Origin: Felis catus | Lineage: Eukaryota | Reading direction: 5' to 3' | NCBI RefSeq assembly: GCF_018350175.1 | Contig: NC_058368.1 | Span: 210,306,001 to 210,370,000, forward strand | DNA length: 64,000 bases | In this document: in pieces, positions 55,775-64,000 of the stretch | How the letters are laid out: the number at the start of each line of letters is the position of its first letter | How positions within the stretch are numbered: position 1 is the stretch's first letter | Translations under genes and position numbers: made by a program | The notes under the pieces: model-generated | The model's input: only the letters and a program-made list of their open reading frames with translations | Told to the model about the DNA's origin: nothing | The model's database searches: none

Positions 55775-56598
55775 TTAAAGTCACAGAATTAGCATGACCG
55801 TCTACCCAACACCCCAATTTTGCTCAGTGATAAGTTATATAAAACATTCTTTATATATTAAAGCAAGCAGGCATTATGAATTCATCAGAGTGTTACACAT
55901 TGGTAATATAAAATGGAAGACCTTCACTTTCGTGTAACTGCTCCACTGTTTTCCTCTCCTCCCAGTGCATGCACCTGTGTGCACACACACGCTTATTCCC
56001 TCCTTTTATTCTCTCCCTCCTTGCTCCATGTGTGTGTTCAGGCTTCTGTCAGTAGAAGTACATCAGTAAAAAAGTTTGAAAACTAAGGTAATAAAAAGAG
56101 CTTAGTCTTTCTTTTGTCTTGGATTTAAATCCCAGCTCTAAAGTTTATTCAGTGATCATTAGCAAAGTATTTAACCCTGTGGGCCTCTGTTTCCTTATCT
56201 GTAAAATGATATCTATCTCTTAGAATTACAGTGAATAAGAGAGTAGCTGTAAACTGGCTGATGTATAATGGGATCTTAAGTATTAATACTGCTTGTCTAT
56301 CCATTGCTTCTTTCCTTGTGTGTCATATTTTCAGAGTATTCTTGTCCTGCACAGCAATGAGGTTTAAAGTAAATACCAAATAAGATAAAATAATAGCCCC
56401 CAGGTAAGACATAGTAATCAATTCTGAGTTTATAATAAAAGCTATTTAAATAGAATTGACTAGCTCTCAGGTTAAAAAAAATGAACATGAATATCAACTT
56501 GCATAGTTAAGATGTTCTAAACCAGGATATTTTACACTTGGAGATACAGATTGTGCGTATTTTCAACACTAAAGTTGTTGTTTGAATATAAGAAAAGA

Positions 56599-56811
56599 GG
56601 GGCACCTGGGTAGCTCATTCGTTTAAGCGTCCAACTTTGGCTCAGGTCATGATCTCACGGTCCGTGAGTTCAAGCCCCGCCGTCAGGCTCTGTGCTGACA
56701 GCTCGGAACTTGGAGCCTGCTTTGGATTCTGTCTCCCTCTCTCTCTGTGCCTCCCCCACTCACACTCTGTCTCTGTCTCAAAAAATGAATAAATGTTAAA
56801 AATTTTTTTTT
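56599..56811 (+). mobile_element. CAN-SINE
   Basis: TSD aatataagaaaaga. Confidence 0.92.
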
Positions 56812-57042
56812 AATATAAGAAAAGAATGAATTGTATTTGTGTTATAGCGATTGCATTGTTTTTTGTTTGTTTGTTTGTTTGTTTGTTTGTTTTTAATCCC
56901 TGTATGATTTCTGAAGGTATTCTAATGGCCCAATTTAATTTGTTTTTGTAAGGAATCTGGGTATGGTACATACCCTGTCAGTGAAATACTGGGTATATAA
57001 GTTCCTTAGAGAAATAAGTCCTTCTTCAAGAAAGACAGATGT

Positions 57043-57261
57043 TGGGGCGCCTGGGTGGCTCAATCAGTTAAGTGTCTGACTTCTGCTCAGATCATGATCT
57101 TGTGGCTCGTGGGTTCAAGCCCCATGTCGGGCATTGTGCTGACAGCTCAGAGCCTGGAGCCTGCTTTGGATTCTGTGTCTGCCTCTCTCTCTGCCTCTCC
57201 CCTGTTTGTGCTCTGTCTCTCTCTCTCTTTCAGAAAGGAATAAATATTAAAAAAAAAAAAA
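57043..57261 (+). mobile_element. CAN-SINE
   Basis: Full head, CT tract and A-tail. Confidence 0.92.
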
Positions 57262-57400
57262 TGACAAATTTAATTACGTAACTTGCCATGATAACTAACA
57301 ATAAAACGTAGGCTTCTTTCAGGCAACGATGTTAAAGAACAGTGTATCTAAACATTTACAATGAGAAATAATACTTGTCTTTTTTAAAATCTTTTATTAG

Positions 57401-57504
57401 TTTGGGAACGCGTTGTTTGAATCTGCTTGGTTTCCAGCAGTTCATGGGAGATAATGACATGACATCAGACTTGGTTGATGAAGGAAAAGAATTAATCAGA
57501 CGAG
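57401..57504 (+). CDS. LMBRD2: LMBRD2 exon 14
   Basis: tattag|TTTGGGA...CGAG|gtaaga; 104 nt; [34 protein letters not shown]. Confidence 0.95.
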
Positions 57505-58679
57505 GTAAGATTTGTCTTTTAAAATAAATGAATGAAAGTACTAAGACTCAAAATATAAAAAATTCAAATTGTATAATTTATCATTATTATTCTATCTTAA
57601 GAAATTAATATTTTTAACTAAAAATCTATGTACAGGCTTCATAGCAAAAATAATTTGAAAACATGGTTTCATCTGACTTTAAGAAATATTGTAGCAGAAA
57701 TCATTAGTATGTCTTCAGCTAAATAATGCTCTCGGATGGTGTGGAGTCATTTTCATGTTTGTCTGGAAACAGATTTGCCAAGTTCAGTACAACTGTAAAA
57801 TTCATGAGTTGAAAGAATCATCGGTTTAATACTACAGAGGAAATCATTCAAGCCAAGGCTGGTTTTTAGAATGTGATAATTGTTAACAACCTGTTAGAAT
57901 GTGTGGCATTCTACTAGAATCTAATTCTAACACTGAATGTATCAAATTTCCTGATGTTTAAGTGATGGTAGGGAAAAAAGAAAACAGAACTTGAGTGTCG
58001 GGACATGGATTCCTAGACATTCTCCCTATGTGTGTCTGGAGTTTTTATGTGATCATTAGTTAAGTGTAAGCCAAAATGTGTTGTAGCTCCAATAGAAGTT
58101 GTTGTAGCCTTCACATTCTCTCCTAGGAAGGTGGGGTCTAGTTGATGTGATGGTTCTGCTTTTTGCATTAATTAGACTTCATCTGGAGTATCATACTCAG
58201 TCCTGGGTAAGATTTCAAGAGTAGGACTAACAAGTTAGAAGGTATTTAGAAAAGGACAGCCAGAATTATGTACAGCATATCTTATAAAACACACACACAC
58301 ACCCGCACGCACGCACAAAACACTGAGTATATAGCCTGAAGAGAATAAAGGAAAGGACTTTTACGCAGAAAGAAGTATCAACTTAATTTAGAAGATAAGG
58401 CAAAGAAAAGAGAAGTTACAAACAAATTTCAAATGAAGAAGAACTTTTTCCTCACTAAAACTGTTCAGACAAAGCCTAAAGGTCATCTCCAACAAAAATA
58501 CAGAAGGGATTCTCTGTGGACTTAGGTGGCCTCTAAGGTCCTTTCCAACAATAACCTATTACTTTTGACTTTGTAGTAATTTAAAGGAAATTGGTCATAG
58601 CCTGATACCTTTACTTCAGTTACTCTACGTCTAATTAAACCATGTTATACCAAATTTGAGACCGCTTTTCTGTCTCTAG

Positions 58680-58726
58680 AGAAGAGAAAAAGGCAAAGGC
58701 AAGAAGAAGGTGAAAATCGAAGAAGA
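58680..58726 (+). CDS. LMBRD2: LMBRD2 exon 15
   Basis: ctctag|AGAAGAGA...AGAAGA|gtaagt; 47 nt; EKRKRQRQEEGENRRR; phases fit both neighbours. Confidence 0.93.
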
Positions 58727-59428
58727 GTAAGTATAGTACTTAATTTGCCGTGACCTAAAGACTAATATGAAGTATCATGAGAATTTTACTGATTTAGAAT
58801 TGGCTAAAGTCTAAAGAACAGTGGGAAAATGACGTAGGGCACATTGTTTTAAAAAGTTAATTTTAATACTTTGAGATGTATATGCTAACTGTCTTGTCAG
58901 ACCTGTTTTAAAAGTTATTAGTATTAAATTATTTCATGTCCAGTGTCTAGCAGTTTCTTGCCTAAAAGTGCTCAGGAAATACTTATTGAATGAATTAATA
59001 AATTCATGCAGTCTTGCTATTAAAGTCCTTTTGATTGCTTTAAAGTTGTTATACTTTTTTGGTAATGTGACATTAATTTTGTTCCTCTTCAATTTTTCTT
59101 CAGTTTTCTGTTTGCTGAGGCAAATTAATCTCCTCATAGAGAGTGAAAGGGCATAAAATTAGAAAAATCTAAGTCACAGTTACCACAAAATTTACTACAC
59201 CTTGGTGTTATCTATACTGGAGAAGTGAAGACTCAAAGGAGGAGACTTGATGGTTGTCTTCATAGTGTGTGTTGTATGAAAGGAAACTTGTTTATTTCAG
59301 AAGACGTAATTAGGAACAGAGAGGGGAAGTTACTGGAGACAGATTTCACCTCTCAATGAAAATTTCTAACTTCCACAGTTTATCAAAATTGTGATGGACC
59401 GCTCACACATAGAAACGTTCATGTCATT

Positions 59429-59615
59429 GAGGCCCCTGGGTGGCTCAGTCAGTTAAGCGTCCGACTCTTGACTCTTGATTTCAGCTCAGGTCATGATCTC
59501 ACAGTCATGAGATCAAGCCCCTGTGTCGAGTCCTGCACTGGAGAATGAGATTAAGATTCTCTCTCCCTCTGTTCCTCCCCCGCTTGTGCAAGAGCATGTG
59601 CACTTTCTCTCTAAA
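59429..59615 (+). mobile_element. Older CAN-SINE
   Basis: gggtggctcagtcagttaagcgtccgactcttg head. Confidence 0.82.
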
Positions 59616-60257
59616 AGAGAGAAATTTGCATGTCCTCTAATAAGAGAGCCCATGGCATGGCTATTTTAGAATGAAACTGCACTGCAGTTGAATTAGGTGA
59701 CCTCTAATGTTCCTTTCAGTTCTAATAATTTATTGAGTAGTATCTCCCTTAATATGGTTTGACTGCAGTTATCTAATCATCTTGTTCACAACTCTGATTT
59801 TGCTATCCAGAGTGACTTTTCAGGTCTTTGGTAGTTGTAGTTTATTCATATGGGAGAAAATTTTGTTAACATCTCATGAATTATTATGAGTTCTTATAAC
59901 TTTTATATGGTCAAGGTAAGCTTACTGTAGCTATAATGTTTTGACATTTTAGAGGAATTGAAAAGGTTAATGTTTTGACATTAGATAGAAGAATTGAAAT
60001 GGTTAATTATAGCTAGCAAATATGTCTGTAAATATTCATTTGTAAAACTTTGGAGACTGTATTAAAATCATGTAGTGACAAGAAAAATTATTTTTGAAAA
60101 TTTTAATGGCACTAAGCTAATCATATTGATTATCTGGTGAATTTCTGATGAGAATAACTGAATTTTATTACTCTGCATATGTAATCTGTTGATACCGATG
60201 AATTATTTCCTGCCTGTGAGTTCTTTTGTTATATATTTATTTGTGTTTCTGTCCTAG

Positions 60258-60363
60258 GAATGGAAAGAACGTTATGGACACAATAGAGAAGACTCCACTA
60301 GAAACAGAAATGTTCATGTTGACCCGAAAGAATCAAACCTCTCAGATATTAGTACCAACCGAT
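60258..60363 (+). CDS. LMBRD2: LMBRD2 exon 16
   Basis: tcctag|GAATGG...CGAT|gtaagt; 106 nt; [35 protein letters not shown]. Confidence 0.94.
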
Positions 60364-61506
60364 GTAAGTAGTTTATTTTCCTGTTCCCTTAGAAATTGTT
60401 TTATTATGCTTGCTTGCATGGAGACTGAGAATTAGGGTATCCATTCAAAAATGTCTTTATAGAACTGTAAATGTGGTTCTGTAGTTCTTTCCTTTCTCAT
60501 CCCTCAGTGTATAGAAGGAATGGAAACCCAAATATGCATTCTGGGAAGAGAAGGAGAAATTGGGAGAGTGAATGAAGAGTTGTAATCAGTACTTACCCAG
60601 GCATGTTGTAGGCAGATGCTGATTTCTACTATTTACCTCGATGTTGTTCTTTACTTTTCTATTAGTAGATGTAGGCAATTCAGTCATTTTTATAACAGTT
60701 TCCTAACTGACCCATATATGTCACGTACTTTCCTAGATACACAGTGACATGGAGAAGATAAATTTCCCGTCCTTGGGTTTGCTAATTAATTTAGTGACGG
60801 ACTGATACCAAGCAGAAGACATTTGCCGGTGGGTTGAGATAGGAAACCTCCTCACATCCTCGACCCTGCCATCTGCCCTGGGAAGGTGGCAAGAAACCTG
60901 TTTTTGCCCAGGACTCTGACCTGAGTAGATGGCAGAGGATGCTTGTCTTTGGGGGAGACGCAGAAACGCTGAGAGAGTAGAGGGGTACACACCTGATGCC
61001 GAGGGAACTCAACTCAGGGGATGGAAAAAGAGATCTTTACTGCAAAAGGATTTCTGTGATAAAGAAATATTCACTGGGTATTTGGGAATGAACAGTACTT
61101 AGCCAGATTAAGGTGCTTTAGGCAGAAGGGCGAATGAGTGACTTGTGAGAATCTTGGGGGAATAATGCAAGTTTGTTTCTGTGACAAGAGCCTGAAGTAT
61201 GAGGAGCCTGATAAGGGGAGGCTACAGAGATAGTTGGGAAGCAGGTATTACCATGCCCAGAAGTTTAGATTTTATCCCAAAGGTAAGATTTCAATCAGGA
61301 AAGGAGCATGCTCAGATTTTTGGTTTAGAAGATAAATTTGATAGCACCATATACAGCATGATTTCCAGGGAAGTGAGACACAGAAACCTGTTTAATTTGT
61401 TTTGGTAATGCGATCAAGACATGATGAGGGCCTAAAATAAGCAGTGACCTTGGAGATGAGGAAGAAAGGATGTGTTTGAATGAGATTTAGGGTAGAAGAA
61501 ATGAGA

Positions 61507-61890
61507 GGGGCGCATGGGTGGCTCAGTAGGTTAAGGGTCCAACTCTTGCTTTCTACTTAGGTCATAATCTCGAGTTTTCATGAGGTCGAGCCCCACATCG
61601 GGCTCTGCACTGACAGCACAGAGCCTGTTTGGAATTCTCTCTCTCCTTCTCTCTCTGCCCCTCCCCTACTCACGCTGTGTCTCTCAAAATAAATAAACTT
61701 CAGAAAAGAGAAGAAGAAATAGAGGGCTAAAGTTTTAGTTAAAGCTAGGAAATAGAGGGTTCCTGGATAGTTCAATAAGTTGAATGTCTGACTCTTGATA
61801 TCGGCTCAGGTCATGATCTCGTGGTCATTGTATCGAGCTGAGCCTGCTTGAGATTCTCTCTCCTTCTGCCCCTCTACCCTCATGTGGTGT

Positions 61891-61934
<44 letters not shown>

Positions 61935-61950
61935 AATTAAAAAATAAAAA
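61507..61950 (+). mobile_element. Two tandem CAN-SINEs (61507-61713 and 61757-61950)
   Basis: Each has its own TSD (agaagaaat.agagg; aaagctagg.aatagaggg). Confidence 0.88.
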
Positions 61951-62324
61951 GCTAGGTAATAGAGGGAGAATTCTAGAAAGATTTGGAAGCTTGTTTACCA
62001 CAGAGTAGGGCAGTGGAAAGATGTGAGAGTGTGGGAGGACGGTCAAGAGAAGAGGAAATACAGTGCTTTAGGATGATGACTTAGAACTTGGAATATGGGA
62101 GGCAACCAATATGTGCTAAGTGAATGAGAGAAAAGATGAAGGGCAGAGTCCAGGATGACAAAAGTGTAAGATATGAAAGAATTGGCTTACTTTAAATTTT
62201 CAAAAAGAGCTGTGTCGTAAAGTTCTTTTGAAGCTATTGGACTGCTCGAAACAACATTGTGAAAGTTTAGGTTGTTTATGAAGAAAATCTGCCTCGTCCA
62301 CATAGAGAAGGGAGAGTTAGTTCT

Positions 62325-62545
62325 CTAGATCTGTGCTGACCAAGCTGGTAATCATTAGCCACATGAGGCTGTTGAGCATTTGCAATGTGGCTGGCGTCCC
62401 ATGTTAAAATGATAATATATTGGATGTATTGAATTGAACATATTAAAATTAATTTCATCTGTTTCTCTTTACTTTTTTAATGTAGCTATTAGAAAATTTC
62501 AAGGTAAATATGGGGCTTGCATTTTATTTCTGTTGGACATTGCTG
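62325..62545. mobile_element. MER3/MER33-like hAT fossil
   Basis: tagccacatg.ggct.ttgagcattt.aatgtggct...tttctgttggaca.tgctg. Confidence 0.65.
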
Positions 62546-62973
62546 CCGTAAACTCTTATCTAATGGGAGAAAGACTCAGGCCTTTCTTGAAGAGCTTAAG
62601 TTGAATACACTTTAAAGAAAATTCTAGTCAAAAACTGAGATACAGCAAGCCTGGATTCACTGTGAAACCAATGGAAACTTGATAATGAACAGTTTCACTG
62701 TTTTGATACCATAGTTAAATGTTAATTTTGATTCATTTTAATTGAGTCTTTGCACTGTACCTGCTTCTGAGCTTAGATTAGCTATAAGGGATAACTTTTC
62801 CTTGTTATTTTCTGTCATACTATTTATCATTTTAATTTGATTTTTAAGGAATCAAGTAGTTATCTTGCCTTACTGTTGTCTTCACAATCAAAATTCACGT
62901 CCTTTATAATCTTGACTATTTTGGGGGAGTCCATAGACTGTGACCCATAAAGACCATAGAAAAGTAGACATAA

Positions 62974-63123
<150 letters not shown>

Positions 63124-64000
63124 TAAGCTTTAGCTGTGTCATTTTGGCTCCAGTATTCTGAAATTTTAATAACATACCATTTGATGAGATAAGCATAAGG
63201 AAAATATTCTTTACTGCTAATAAAAACCATATTAATCAACTTTTGGTACCTTTTTATACCTTCTAATGCTTTTATATTTTAAAAATTATAGCATCCAGTG
63301 ATGGTAGTTGAAATTGCTATCTCCATAAACTACTAGTGATATTATAAACAAGAAAGAATTAAAATTGGTAGAATCTGTGAAATTTATCGTATTTAGCAAT
63401 AGCTACATAGCTATGACTGGGTGTCAGACACTATCCTAAGCACATTAACCATAATACTGCATTTTATGATTGTAAATCCAATTGGATTTGAATCCACAGA
63501 GGCTTAGTAACTCAACCAGAGTCACACAGCTTGCAAGTGGCAAAGTTGGGTGTTCAAATCCCAGGACTCTGGCTGTAGAATCTGTGCTTTTAGCCACTAT
63601 GCTCTGTGAAAATGATTAAACAAAAGCAAAATATCATATGCATGAAAATATGCATGAATATCATACGCGTGAAGACATTTTTGCCTACAAATAGGAAAAA
63701 CACTGGAATGTTTTATTTATACTGAACAATTAAGAATGATTATTAAATCTTCAATCCCATGATATATATATTCCCTTTCTGTTTACATCTCTCACCCTCT
63801 CATATGTGTATTCTAGGCTCCAGAAAAAGCTGTTGGTTAATTTATAATTAAGTAAATCCCTTGGGGTAATATCTTTGGAGAGTAAGTTTCTGCTTTCAGC
63901 TACTGAATAGATTTTACAAATTATGCTTACTAATTATGTAGCCACTTCCTTTTAATGTGTCCTTGTTTTTCTCTCCTCCTTTGTTATTTTTGATGCCTCA

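Overview
This is mammalian genomic DNA, almost certainly felid: the SINEs are of the feline CAN-SINE (SINEC_Fc) type and the L1 3' ends are carnivore-type. It holds two head-to-head genes sharing a CpG-island bidirectional promoter at about 21.8-23.0 kb. SKP2 lies on the minus strand, with coding exons 1-7 present (901 nt of CDS); the remaining exons lie beyond the left edge. LMBRD2 lies on the plus strand, with a probable non-coding exon 1 and coding exons 2-17 (2027 nt of CDS); the last exon probably starts just past position 64000. All coding exons I assembled have GT-AG boundaries and join in frame. The rest is intron, rich in CAN-SINEs, L1, L2/MIR, MLT LTRs and DNA-transposon fossils; most entries in the ORF track are spurious or repeat-derived. 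I found no new multi-gene system. The most notable unexplained structures are: (i) an ~835-bp inverted duplication that includes non-repeat sequence in LMBRD2 intron 13; (ii) a dense uORF cluster with a TAATG stop-start overlap directly on the LMBRD2 start codon; (iii) an in-frame upstream AUG and a short uORF in SKP2; (iv) a near-identical inverted SINE pair bracketing SKP2 exon 7; (v) a 5'-inverted L1 with a nested SINE. Repeat boundaries and subfamily names were judged by eye and are approximate.
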